Shown here: positions 51,126 to 64,000 of the stretch, piece after piece
How the letters are laid out: each line of letters opens with the position of its first letter
Position numbering within the stretch: position 1 is the stretch's first letter
Source: Octopus sinensis
Lineage: Eukaryota
Reading direction: 5' to 3'
Length of the DNA: 64,000 nt
Assembly (NCBI RefSeq): GCF_006345805.1
Contig: NW_021836166.1
Location: forward strand, 1 to 64,000
Made by a program: the position numbers and the translations under genes
Notes under the pieces: generated by a model
Seen by the model: the letters and a program-made list of their open reading frames with translations, nothing else
What the model was told of the DNA's origin: nothing
Database searches by the model: none

Positions 51126-51554
51126 ATTATAAATAATTTTTTTAATAAAATACATTGATATTCCTTAAAAATTAACCAGATAAAAATTAGCAATTTCTTA
51201 AATATACTAACTAACAAACGACGGTGAAATACTACAATTGCTTTTTTAATCGGTAAGAAATGTTCTAGAAAAAACAAAAAGTATATTTATAGAGTAAATT
51301 AGAGTTATATCATTTGAAAAAATTTTTTTTTCTAATAGTTTACTTTTTCGAATCGGTTTATAATTATGTTTAGTTAGAGAATCAGTAAAAATCTCGCTTT
51401 TAAAGGAGAAAATGTACATCTATTTTTAAATTTAAATATGATGCGAATATTTTAGAAATTTATAATTTTTGTCGCTTCTGGGGTTAATTTAAGTTAACTA
51501 AAATTCCCCTTTCTAATTTTTGTTCTATTTAGCTTTTCTATTCGCTGAGCATCA

Positions 51555-52180
51555 GTTCATGAGATATTCAAAGAAACTGAAGACTCACTCAGTCCAATCA
51601 ATAGTAACAACTGAGAATGTTGAGATTAGAGTCGATACGACGCTGATGACAGACATCAAAGTACAACATAACAAGCCGGACATATTTGTTTTCGTTAAAA
51701 GGACAAGGGAGATTACTTTAGTAGAGGTCGGAATCACTTCTCAGGAGATGCTGAAGGTGGTTGAGATTGAAAAACTTCATAAATACGACCTCCTCGCTGG
51801 AGAGTTGTCCCAAATATACAAAGCGAAAGTTAAAATTGTGCCTATTGTTATGACTTGGGAAGGAATTGTGAGTAAATTCTACAAATCATATGTGGATTTT
51901 GGGGTGTGGATACTATTCCGAGGGCATATATGCAATCTACTGTACTAAAGAAAACTCTTGAAAGCATGTTAGTGGAGCACCGACATGAAATGAACTTTCA
52001 AGAGAGTGATGTTAGTGAAGTCATTCATTTTCTACAACGAAAATCTCTACGACAATTTGAGGACGACGGAATCGTGCCCATGGAACAACAATCCTGGAGT
52101 GAGGATCAGATTCGTTATGGTCGATAAGAGATTGCAGTTAGAGAGCTAAGGAATGGCTCAAAAAGAAAAAGAATGAATTA
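51555..52180 (+). mobile_element. R4/Dong-like RLE 3' end
   Basis: IRVDT...HNKPDIFV, EVGITS, EKLHKYDLLA, VMTWEGIV. Confidence 0.9.
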
Positions 52181-52228
52181 ATACGTCAAATCAATTTTAA
52201 ATAAATCCGAATTAACATACATTATTAC

Positions 52229-53347
52229 TAGGGCAACCGCAAATATGACCTAAAAAATTTCAAATATGACCGATAAAATATGACTTATATGACCTTAAAA
52301 AAAAATATATGCCCTTAATATGACCTAATAAATTTTTATTTTATGTATTAATATAGTTTTAATAAGGCTTATATTTAGAACTAATCACTCAAATTTATTG
52401 TAATATAACGAAAAGTAATATTTAATGTTATCATTTTTAAAGTTTCTATCGTTCTCCAACATCTTCTGGTGAACAATTATCAATCTTAGCAGTATAAATT
52501 TCTTTTAATCGATTTTTATCTATTCTTTTACGGAAATATTTAGATATTCCACATGGATCATCCCCAAAATTTATTACATTAATAAATTTAACGGCATCCT
52601 CAATGGTAAAAAAAGTTTCTTGGCATTGATGTAATCCATCTAATATGTCACTACAACATGATTTTATCAATGCAAGGTTTCATTCCAAATTAATTGAATC
52701 TAAAGCAGTTTTTACTTTTTCTAAGATTTTCCCTTTTTTGTTAAATTCAGGACCAGAAACTTTTTTTGTTAAACCAATTTAAAACAAAAATCATTTGGAA
52801 TTGCAATCAATTTCGATTGACGCAAGTCGTGTGTTTTACTTCTTTTTTTATGCATTTCCGTCTGTCTGTGTTGTTCCACGTTAAAACTTTTTGAAAAGTT
52901 TACCGGAACACAACAGAACTTGCAATTAAGTCCCCCATTAGTACTTCTCGTAAATTCGTGCGGATATTTATTTAATATTTTAGAGAGTTTGAATTCATTA
53001 GATTTTTTTGATTTAGGCATCTATTAATATACCTTTTTTTATATAAAAACCTTTATCTCACTCAACAAAAAACCGATTATATCTCACATTATAAAAAAAT
53101 AATTCAAATATTATTATTCAAATATTTATATTTAAAAAAATAAATATTAATCTAATTCATTAAAATATACAAAAATTTGAATATGACTTTATTTTTATAA
53201 TATGACTTTATTATTGAATATGACTTATATGACCTATTAATAAGTGTTTAAATAGTTAAAAAATATAATTAAAATATTTAATTAATATAAACAAACACAA
53301 AATGACCTTATTTTGTGATAAGCATTATATGACTTTTGGTTGCCCTA
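52229..53347 (-). mobile_element. hAT-type (CGGBP1-like) non-autonomous deletion derivative
   Basis: TIR TAGGGCAACC; perfect 8-bp TSD ATTATTAC; zinc-finger ORF CKFC..QHRQTEMH; subterminal ATATGAC repeats. Confidence 0.93.
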
Positions 53348-54802
53348 ATTATTACCAATAAACTCATACTTCTGTATCAATCAAATATATCTGGGGAATA
53401 AAAGTTCATCATCCATTAACAGGCAGACACACGAGCCCTTATTCGCCCTGTTTGATGACACTTTGGACATACTGGCAAGTCAATTTCCGCAAAAAGGCGT
53501 GGAATGAGAGGAATTTGATTGGCGGTGACAGGCTTGACAGATATTCCGTGTCAAATGGATCAACGTAGTTACAGTTTATAACAACCAGTCGAATGGAGAC
53601 AATTTTTTGAGTTTTTGTAAATTCGAGCGTCGGTTTTCCAGAGAATGACGTCCGCAGGGTCTTCTGAGTTCTCTGGTACGGGAATTGGAGTCATACAAAC
53701 CCCGGAAAGTGGCAGAAGAAAAAGAAGTTGGCCATTCCTAACAGTTAGGTGGACAGTTACGTAAATCAATTTTTCATATAAAAAATTATTAGTTTAAATA
53801 CATCAAAAATTGTTTTAGATGACTGAAAAACAAGATATCGCCAATATAGTGCTGATACAAAAAAATGCGGAAAAAAAGTCAAGTGGAAAAAAGGTCAAGT
53901 CGTCTTTGTTTACTTTATATCGTATCTTTATAGCAACTTTTTTCAATATTTGCCTTTTTTCTATTTTTGAAAATTTTTTTGTGAACAAACGTTCTTTAAA
54001 AACTCAAGTGCTATTGACAGTATGGAATCTAGAAAACTGAGTCGATATTTTAAAGAACAAGTTGAAAATAAAAAAAACCATCCTTCTGAGCTTTTCGAAG
54101 TCAAATATAACAACATGTTTTTTGAACAATACCTTTGGTTATTTGAAAATATAACCGACACCTACAACCAAGGAGATGAAGGTGATACAAATCTTGGAGC
54201 AAGTGTCTGCTATAACAACTGTCTATTTCATATATGTCTATTTCGTTGAATTTGTTTTTTAAGAATTCTTTAATTAATTAAAGCAAAACTTTTATTTATA
54301 TAATTTGCACATTATTTCAGTTTTTTAAAAAAATATTAATTGTTCTTGTGGTGTACGGATGGTTGGCTTTTCGCAGTCTGAAAAGTCATTCCCATGAACG
54401 GATCCACAGAAATCTTAACAAATGGAACTCAAGAAAGTGTGGACCTGACATTTCATGCTCATCCTGAAGCCTCGGGCAATTGCAATTACAATAACGGACC
54501 CCCACAGACCCCTTCAACTTTGATTCTCATGAAAGCTATTTGTGAGTCGATCGAATCTTCCAACCCTGGAGAATGGATGTCATCTCTATTGATTTGTGTC
54601 AAAGACCGTCTTAAACGAGTCCCCAGAGGAAGTTGGCCGCTCATTGCTACTTATTTTAATTCCAAACTTGGAAAAATGAATTAAATATTTAATTGATATT
54701 GGATTACCAGTCGAACAAAATTAAAACTATTTATATTTTTTAAATAAAAATCAAAAAAAAAAACACAAAAAGTATTATTATATGATAAAAATACATTTTT
54801 AT

Positions 54803-54990
54803 TTTTGTCCCGTGATAAAATCTCAACTTTATCCCAAAAGCTAACCTAACTTCAACCTTATCCATATCCCTAATTTTAACCATATCCCTAACCTTATCCC
54901 TAACCCTAACCTTTTCCCTATCCCTAACCTCAACCTATCCTTAACCCTTATTTTAACACAAGCCCCAACCCTAATCTATCTCCAACTTTA
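54803..54990. repeat. Degenerate (CCCTAA)n-like tract with a 55-bp leader repeated at 56354-56407
   Basis: CCCTAACCCTAACC variants; leader TTTTGTCCCGTGATAAAATCTCAACTTTATCCC. Confidence 0.7.
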
Positions 54991-55059
54991 ATCATAAAAT
55001 AATGATTCTTAGATTAGTACTATTAAAGAATCTTAGTAAGAATTATTTTTTATAAACAA

Positions 55060-55560
55060 AATCATTAATCAATTTTATAAAGTCTCGCAATATTTGTTCC
55101 TTTTACGACAAATCCTTCTTCAACTTGAATATCAAAATTCATATTTTCTCTGGCAATAACTTTATATTTTTTGTATCAATTTGATCATATAATGGATAAT
55201 TTCTATTCTGTGGATTAGCATCAATATCTTGCCGTAATAGAACATTAGCCCCCACCTTAATCCGCATTATAACACGTGATAAACAACCTTCGAATTTCCA
55301 TTTCCGTTTGTTTTTCATTTTTTCTCCTGCTTTCGTTAGATTATCTTATGTTGAAAACAAATTTTTTTGTAATATTTTTATCATCGGTTACTTCATTTTC
55401 AACAAATTGAATTTCAGTATCAGCATTGTTTCCATTAAACGCACTGAGAGCTTCCATTTCTTCATCACTTGGTGCATAAATGCCTCTTACTCCCATAAAG
55501 ATATTGAAAGGAATATGCTTTGTTGTTTCATGTCGTTAACGATTATAGTCGTAAACAATT
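55060..55560 (-). mobile_element. Decayed integrase-like (Ginger/KRBA2-type) C-terminal fragment
   Basis: YN...HETTKHIPFNIFMG and IKVGANVLLRQDID. Confidence 0.45.
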
Positions 55561-55689
55561 CCTTAAGAATGAATAATTAAATTTAAACATTATTAAAAAA
55601 TTTAAACATTATTAAAAAATTAAAAAGGTTAGTTACTCTAGAGGGGCCGCAAAAAAAATCCTGGGGGCCGCATTTGAGAACCGCTGCTA

Positions 55690-56087
55690 TAGACTCTATT
55701 CACGTAAAAACAACTACGTCTTTTACACGGAATACACTGTCCATCAAAAATTAACAATCTATCTCTGTATAAACATTACGATGCTACCCGTTGTCTCAAG
55801 AAATCGTTGAAGGCCGGTGGAAATTATTTGACCATATTTTGCGAATGGACCCCAGAGCTCCGGCCAATCGGGCAATGGACGATTATTTCTCCGAACATGG
55901 AGACAAATTTCGTGAAAGACCTAGATACACTCTTCCAGCAGTTCTGGAAAGGGATCTCAGACTTCATGGCAAAAGTTTCAAAAACTGGGACGACCTAGAA
56001 TCTTTGCGGGATCTCGCCCACAACAGAGGGGCATGGACGAGGATGGTCCGGAAGATTGTTTCGCTTGTGACACGTGTGGGATTATAA
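55690..56087 (+). mobile_element. RTE-like non-LTR 3' end
   Basis: RWKLFDHILRM..APANRAM..YF...RPRYTLP..L..DL...LA.NR.AW. Confidence 0.8.
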
Positions 56088-56407
56088 CTTTGTTTATGTT
56101 TCTACGGAAAACATTATATAGTAATTTGTACAATATTTGTGTAACATGCCGTAATAAATCTCGAACTCTACGAGCTATCGGAATACCCAGCTGCTGTTCA
56201 CGAATGGAGATCGCTCGGATTTGACCTCGCCGAGATTCTTTCCATACAGAAGAGTGGATGTGTTGGCTTATCAAGTGAATCTTGGTCGCTATGCTCCAAA
56301 AAAGAAGCTAATTTCATCGAAGTAGTCTTTACTTCACAAGATCGTTAAGATCGTTTTGTCCCGTGATAAAATCTCAACTTTATCCCACAAGCTAACCTAA
56401 CTTCAAC

Positions 56408-59305
56408 ATGTTGTTAAGTGAAACTATCATTCCGAACATCATTCCAAAAAGAGAGAACACGATATGCTCTTCCTGCGAACTGAGCAACAAACGCCGGTTT
56501 GGCATGAACTGTTCATCTTGCGGTGAATTTTTCCATCTTTCATGTGTTAAAATCACCAACAAAGCAGCAAAGACGCTATACAAATGGGATGTCGTCGATG
56601 CATGAGTTCTTGTACAAACCGAAATTTCAATCCTCCTGAAATAAATATGGCGCCTAACCCGCCTGATCTTCCCTCAAATACAGATCTCATCCTTCTAAAC
56701 CTATCGGAGCTACGGAAGTCCAGGAAGATTCCTCTAAGGATTCCGAAATCCGCTTGTATTTCTGCTGCTTCATGTCTAGCCAGCTAATTGATAATGCTCT
56801 CTCCACTAACAGCTTGGCTTCTTGGGTTCAATTGCTGAGCCTTGCACCTGTTGCTCTTGGAGTACAATTCAAAAACGCTACGCAGAATGAGTCCATATCC
56901 TGTATATCAAGAGAAATATAAAATCAATTGATGACAAAATACACCACACAAAGCTGAATGAAAGACGAAATATAACTCTAAACTAGGATAGCATAAAAGA
57001 CAGAGTGAATAGGAAACTCATTGAGGGTGATATCCGTGCTGCTTTGCGCGTCGTGAGCAACGATGATACGGTTTTAGCCCCGACTCCTTCAGTGATCGAA
57101 CATCTGATACGTAAACACCCTTACCCACCTACGGACTACCAAGAATTCACTATGCCGGAAAATTTGCCCAGCCTTATCATCACCGAACAGGAGGTGATTT
57201 TCGGAATCGTGTCGTTTGCTCCAAGCAGCAGTGGAGGCTTGGAGGGCCTGCGACCGGGACATGTCAAAGATCTTACTGCGAAATCAGTTCATAGTTCAAA
57301 TCTGGTTAAATCCATTACGTCGCTGGTTTCTAAAATTGTCAATGGAAAGATCCCTTCTTATGCAAGGGAACTACTATTCTCCGCGCACCTATTGGCCTTT
57401 AAAAAGAATGACGGGGGAGTAAGACCGATCGCAGTTGGTAATTACTTCAGAAGACTTGCGGCAAAGATTGTCGCTAAAAGAGTTTGTCCGCGGATAAGCG
57501 GAGAACTTTCGCCAGTCCAATTGGGAGTCGGTATTACAAATGGATGTGAGGCCTCTGTGCATGCGACAAGATGCTACTTTGGCTGTAGTGCGAAAACCCC
57601 CCGCATGGGGCTCAAAATAGACATATCTAATGCTTTCAACACACTGCGACGAGATCGACTTATGGAATCGTGCTGGAAGAGAGTTCCGGAGATAATTCAG
57701 ATAGTTAACCTCTCTTATGGGAAAGAATCGTCTCTAGTCTTCGGTAACGAAATTATCAAATCACAAACTGGAGTACAGCAAGGAGATCCACTAGGACCTT
57801 TACTGTTTTCGTTGGCCATCGATGATGTTGCACGTTCAACTGGAACTGAACTCAATCTCTGGTATCTCGACGATGCCACTATCGATGGAACTTGGAAATC
57901 AGTTTACGAAGGAATTTCGCAAATTGCTCCTGCTTTGAAAAACCTCGGTTTGGAAATTAATACAAACAAATCGGAATTGATCAATATTACGTAGTCCAAT
58001 AACGAATTCATGCGAATTACTCAACAGTTCAACCATTTGCTTAAAGGGATTTCTACCACGGCTCGGGACGAGGTATATTTCCTCGGTGGTCCACTTGGTG
58101 ACGCAGAATTGCGTAAGCACCTTCGGAAAGAAGCAGAAAACCTATCACTATTTACACAACGAATATCCCTCCTTGATGCGCATACTGCGTTTTTTCTCAT
58201 GAGAGCGAGTATCTGCATGCCAAGACTTCTTTATGCTCTAAGGAGCTGCCCTTGCTATGCACAACGAGACAGCCTTTTATTACTTGATCAGACACTGAAA
58301 GACACGGCCGAAACTATTTTAAACGTTCGCTTTGATGATCTGGGATGGACTCAGTGTAAACTGCCGACGAAATTGGATGGAGTTGGCCTCAGGTCCGCAT
58401 TGGAAGTAGCAGCACCAGCTTATCTCTCGTCGCTCTCAAGCAGCCGGGATCTGGTCCAGGAAATTCTACGTAACCCTTCTGAATTTTCCTTGGAGCCGGA
58501 GTTCGCTAGAGCTTGTGAACGGTGGAGTGGAACTGGGTTGATGATTCCGGCGGAGACATTCAAACAGACTAACTGGGATTCGATTTTATGCAACGACATT
58601 GTCCAAAAATACAAACAGAGGGCCAATCAGCATCGACTCACATGTCTCTTGTCCGGAGCACGCCATCATAGTGACGCGTGGCTTGATGCTCTCCCGTGTC
58701 CTGCCCTTGGTAATCTATTGGACAATAATTCTATGAGAATCGGTGTAGCACTTCGTCTGGGACTGGATATTTGCCAAGTTCACGGCTGTCGTTGCGGAGG
58801 CCTTGTTGATGCCAAAGGATTGCACCCTCTATCCTGCGGAAGAAGTGCAGGTCGAACCCCTCGACATGCCGCATTGAATGATGTGATACGACGTGCCCTA
58901 GAGGCAGCAGGATTCCCAGCAAGACTGGAACCTGCGGGTCTTAACCGTAATGATGGGAGAAGGCCAGATGGAGTGACTCTTTTCCCCTACTCTGGGGGAA
59001 AACCACTAGTTTGGGACTCGACATGCGTGGACACTTTCACTCGAAAGAACATCAACATTTCCTTGCGTTCATCTGGATCGGCCGCTAACTTTGCTGAAAA
59101 AGCAAAAATTGCCAAATATTCCACAATCGGAAATTCGTACCGCTTTGTTCCTGTGGCAGTCGAGACTTCGGGTGTCACAGGAACTGTAACTGAGTCATTC
59201 CTTAAAGAAATCGGACGTAAAATCGCTCATATAAAAAACGACTGGAGGGAACCAACATGGCTTCGACAAAGAATAGGATTGGCCGTTGTTCGCGGCAATG
59301 CCTTG
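56408..59305 (+). mobile_element. Near full-length CRE-like non-LTR retrotransposon (PHD finger, RT, CCHC, RLE) with stops/frameshifts
   Basis: CSSC...CSSCGEFFHLSC...WGCRRC; GVRPIAVG, DISNAFN, QQGDPLGP, WYLDD; RHAALN, RRPDG, WDSTC; premature TAG at 57992. Confidence 0.95.
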
Positions 59306-60962
59306 AAATTTTTTTATAAATTAATGAGAGGGATTTATTTAGGAATAATAAAAAGCTGATACTCACGGTCAACTCCATATTTTTCTAAGTCACGAGGCAT
59401 CTGAAGAGCAGCCAAGTAAAACCAAATTTACGTACTCGTGTTAGTGAGATTGTCTTCATTGGTGAGCTGAAACGTGATAAAATGACGCCAACTTAGGAAT
59501 TGAGAAATACGTCAAAAAATTAATGGAACATCTTACAGAAAGACAGCACATCTTCTTAACGATGGCAAGATCTACCGGAGGTCCCCTTGAAGAGGAGTAT
59601 CTTGCCTATGAGAAGTGTGTTAGGAAATTTGAACCGAACATCCTCTATAAAACGCCATTTTCAAATTATTCACAGATCATTATCTGAGAAAACTAATGAT
59701 GAACAATGTGAAACAATTGCATCTCGACAAAACAAGAACCCAGTCCATTTGTACGGTAGGAAGTAAAATAATTTGTTTCAATATCAAATACACAGATTAT
59801 ATACGAGGTCGAAATTTCCGAAGAGTAAATATGACCATGTTAAACAATTCGTTTCTGAATAAAAATGGCGGAATATTTCATGGCGAATTTCAAAAAAGGC
59901 AATTCAAATTTAGTCCAACATTTATCTCGTAGTTTAGACAAATCGACAGTCGCATGTAAAAAATGGTTTATTTCTGGAGAAAAACGAGATTCTCTAAACA
60001 CCTTGCTGCACGTGAGCACAATAAAAAGATCCTCTCCGTCCACATCAAAATCCTTAATTTTGCCATTAGACGTCAGCGGTAGTCGAACTGTGCCACATAC
60101 TTCAACATTAATCCACTTTTCCGGAATTTTTAAAGAAAGGGAATCGAAAATATTGGGATATATGTTCTGATAGCGTCCTCCGAAATGATAAATAATGTCG
60201 TTTGTGTCACAAATCTGATGTTCGTGGACCATCACTGTCTTGAAGTGGACTAGAGAGATACATCGTGACAGAGTAATTCAGGGGTCCTTAAAATCTTCGA
60301 AAATCTATTTCTCCGGACACTTAATATGTTATCAATATATTTTTTCCATCGACAACGCGGAATTTTACCAGATTTGAAAAACTGACGTGGTTGAGCACTG
60401 CAACTTGATGAGACCATACAAAATATTCGCACATGAGCACAAAATGAACCCAAAATTCAAATAAATTACAACTGTTTAATCACAAATTTATTTATCAAAA
60501 TAAATAAAATAACATATAAGAAAAGCTATTCAAATACACCAATTAGGATAGTTTAGTTGACTATAGTTAAGCAATTTGAACTAAATAATTTACATTAAAA
60601 AATAAGACTGCTCAAAGCCAAGATTTGAGATGACTGTCCCCTTAGGCAGCAAGTAACGTTCCTTTAACACCATAATCTAGAAAATAATACGTACAGTTCT
60701 TTCAGCAACCCACAAGCATCGCTCACTTCTATAACAAATCACATAATACAACCTTTCGGTGTCTTTTGGATAGAATGCACCAAACACGACATATATATAG
60801 ACGTCGCAGCAATCGAAATATGAGATCTCCAGTGACAATATTTATAAGTTATGTCTTGTTGGCAATACTAAAACCTGTCATTTCAATAGATATTGAGGGA
60901 TAAGCGGAATAAACACTTTTGTTGCAGGTTATAATTATGAAATTATGTTCTTAGAAAATATT

Positions 60963-61570
60963 ATGTCGCGAGCGCAGCGCGCGACCGAGCGCTAGACGCA
61001 CTTTGACAGCTAACAAGCCTATCATCAACAAATATATTTATTAAATTATTTAAAATTTTAACATGATTTAAAATTAAAATTGAAATAACTTAAGTTTTCC
61101 ATTGAATCCCATAAAATAATTTATAAGTAGACCTTAATAGAAAAAGTAAATCAATTAATACTGAACGCTAATTTGGTTTAGGTTGTGAGGGGGGTAATAA
61201 TTTGACAGATCTCATTGCTATTTTTTCGTTTTAATCTCTAAAATTAGGTCTTCTAATCAAAAATGAACTGTGCAGACAGGCTTGCTCCTTCAGAAGATTC
61301 TTGTTTTGACATTTTAATAAACTATGAAGCATTTAGATTTTTTTTCATTATTCTAAAATATCAATTATAAATTTTAAAATATTATTTTTATTTATGAAAT
61401 CGGTTTTAAAGCTCATTCTGCTTTGGCATCGATTTTAATTTTTGTTATCGAATATATTTTATCCCAAATACAAGCCTGGGTATTTGTCAATTTATAGATT
61501 TTTTGATTGATCGGATCTAGAAATTGAGTGGTCGCTCGCTGCGCTCGGTCGCTCGCTGCGCTTGCGACAT
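60963..61570. mobile_element. MITE with GC-rich TIRs of about 30 bp
   Basis: ATGTCGCGAGCGCAGCGCGCGACCGAGCGC ... GCGCTCGGTCGCTCGCTGCGCTTGCGACAT; ATT on both flanks; AT-rich non-coding interior. Confidence 0.8.
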
Positions 61571-62649
61571 ATTAGAAATCATTTTGAAAGTTCCGAGATG
61601 TGTTCAAATTCAGATTCAATTAAAAATTCAAATATTTTAACTTATAATTTCTACTTAGGAAATTCTAATTGTCCATGTCCAAAAAAATCAAATTTCATTT
61701 AAATCTGATTGGTGGAAACTTAGCCTACTATAAAGCAATGAATAGGAAAATGAATGTCCACAATATTAAATACAAATTTACTGTCTGTGATCAAGTTTAG
61801 ATAAAAAAATTATAGATAGGTACGAGTTAAAAAAGATTATGGAACGAACTCTTCGTTACGGCTGGATAAATTCTAAGAGGTCCTTAAAACCTTTCCGTTA
61901 AAAAAATTATTTTATGCATTTTGGTTAAAATAAACAACGTGATTTTCCTCGACACGCATTATCAGGTTCATTATTGTATCTGTTATTATTAACCATACAG
62001 ACAGATATATATGACTGCGAGGTTTTAAACCTGTCATTTTCACTTTAATGGTTTTCCATGTTTTCGAATAAGATTTTCAGCAAAGTTGATTGCAAAGCAT
62101 CAAGCCCTTTTTCAAGTTCTCTGACCTCATTGAGTGACTAGTACTTTGATAAAGAACTCATTCACGGAGATCACGGGGTTTCAAGCCTCTTCTAAACTCA
62201 AAAATCGTCCAAAGTATTCAGATCTTGTAATTAGTGGTTATTGATGAATGATAGATCTCATCAACAGTTTATGAAGAAACACAAAAGAATAAATTTTTTT
62301 CAATTCAAATAATATTTAAAACGGAAGAAAAAAAAGTCACACAGCTACAGCGAATAGAATCGTTTGGCTGTTTCCGCGGATGACCACCATTAAAAAACGC
62401 TGAAACAATCATTGGGTCTCACAACGGTCTTTTATGCGCACAAAATTCAATTAAAAAATTATATATTTCTGGTTACGCTTCACTTTATGCTTCCGATGCA
62501 ACTCTGACTTATCCAAACTAGAATAGATAGTTCGGGTTTGTTACAAAAGTATTTTCGACATGTACTTCGACAATATATCCTAGAAGCAAGCAATTCTCCC
62601 GCTCTATTTTAGGGAAATCTGCCTACAATTACCTAAGGATGTTGTTTTA

Positions 62650-62765
62650 CCTACCTATTTGTCCTTCCGACTATGTTTGTTTAAGAAGTGCGGCCCAGGC
62701 ACAAGCCTGGCTTAATGCTTTTCCACTTCCGTCGGTTGGTAGCAAGCTTGATAACGATAAACATT
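62650..62765 (+). mobile_element. CRE-like short fragment
   Basis: AQAWLNAFPLPSVGSKLDN. Confidence 0.6.
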
Positions 62766-63778
62766 TTGTCGACATTTCTCACACAATATTGTTGAATGAC
62801 GGATGTTCGATTGAACGATGGTAAAAACGCACAAGAAACGAATCAAAAATAAAGATCATACATAATCACAATCTTTTTAGTAGATAGATTTAGAACTGTT
62901 TTATGTAAGATAAAAGCTAGTATCTTTTATTTATAGTTCATTGTTAATGCAAGTTCTTGTGCATTATAACTTTAACAAATTATAAAAATTTGAAGTATTT
63001 TTTTCAACCTGTAGCGATCGGGAATGTCCATCGCCTGTAACACATTATTCCAACTAATAGCCATTAAATATTAAATGAAAATTACAAGTAACACAACTGC
63101 TATTGTAATCCAATACACAAGAGGAGTCATTTTAGCTCCAGATAGTCTACTATCTATAAAGTCTTACATTTCAATTCAATATATCCTGTTTATAAACGTA
63201 ATTTACCCTTCTACACAAAAAAATCGTTCACATTTCAACAATTTCAGTCATCTCGATGTCCGGATCGTTGTTAGAAAAACTCTGCAGATCCAGACATTTC
63301 CTGACATTACTCACCAAAAAGAATTGGACTGCATCTTTTCAAAATTTACACAAACAGGAAAAATGAAAAAAAATAAATTTCACAAAATTAGACATAAACC
63401 TTAATTTTTAATCAAAAATACGCACTTTTGTACTAAAGCAAGAAAATTCAATAATTTATCAAAAATACTAAAAAAATATGAATATAGTGAAGATATTTTA
63501 CAAGTACAAAAAATACATAAACGACAATATTAAAAAAATTAAGTATTTATGAAAAGAACAAAAAGACAAATTATTATATTTATTATACACGATTTTGCAC
63601 AACTAAATTAATCAACTCAAATATATATTTTCTATTCATATCTGATAATGATTACTACACAACAAAGATCAACAAATCGTTGTGACCTCGGTCATATCAG
63701 AACTTATTCCTTTCTCATACAAATCGAGACATTTATAAATAAAAAATTCCATTTTAGATCATTTCAGTTTCAGTAATA

Positions 63779-63920
63779 CAGTCCGACCTCGATTTGGAAC
63801 AGACCTCGGGGCTGGAACACCTTAGTTTTTGGAACAACCTCAGTTTTTGGAACACTTTGTAGGATCTCTGCCTAGAATAAATAATTCCTTTTAAATGAAA
63901 ACCTCGATTTGGAACAAAAT
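63779..63920 (+). mobile_element. pogo/Tigger-like left terminus with subterminal repeats
   Basis: TA|CAGTCCGACCTCG followed by five TGGAACA-containing repeats. Confidence 0.55.
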
Positions 63921-64000
63921 TTATTATTATTATTTATTTCTAGTCATTAAAAAATTAATTAATTTGGATTAAAAAAACTCCACGCTAAATTATTATGGGT

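Noticed and set aside
50925-51155. 76-aa minus-strand ORF from the ORF track
   Set aside because: Antisense shadow of the histone H4 frame on the plus strand.
54803-54990. True chromosome end
   Set aside because: The repeats are short, degenerate and internal to the window.
55200-55290. PIF1/Helitron helicase motif (IKVGANVLLRQDID)
   Set aside because: The upstream YN..H.TT..PF..F.G fits an integrase C-terminus better; no helicase motifs nearby.

Overview
AT-rich eukaryotic DNA from a compact-genome animal with very small spliceosomal introns (21-28 nt GT-AG). A dicyemid- or myxozoan-type parasite is my inference, not a demonstrated origin. The window is a mosaic of mobile DNA: fragments of at least four non-LTR retrotransposon groups (APE-RT Jockey/I-like, CRE-like RT-RLE, R4/Dong-like RLE, RTE-like), DNA transposons with clear TIRs and TSDs (hAT, Merlin, Tc1/pogo ends, a MITE), two satellites (about 495 bp and 168 bp) and a tRNA-derived SINE. 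Between them lie host genes or gene pieces: Las1, a PDZ protein, Dim1, Raptor N-terminus, a MAP2K, ABHD4/5, WDR36, an EGF ligand, Rap1, Piwi and a divergent histone H4. The most notable items are (i) a Piwi-clade Argonaute that keeps its catalytic residues but appears to lack the whole PAZ domain; (ii) RNA-virus-like insertions, including a rhabdovirus-type nucleoprotein fragment and an intact 466-aa orphan ORF with an oligo(A) tail and a 13-bp target-site duplication; and (iii) DNA transposases carrying host-style micro-introns. All family calls come from motif recognition by eye; no database search was run.
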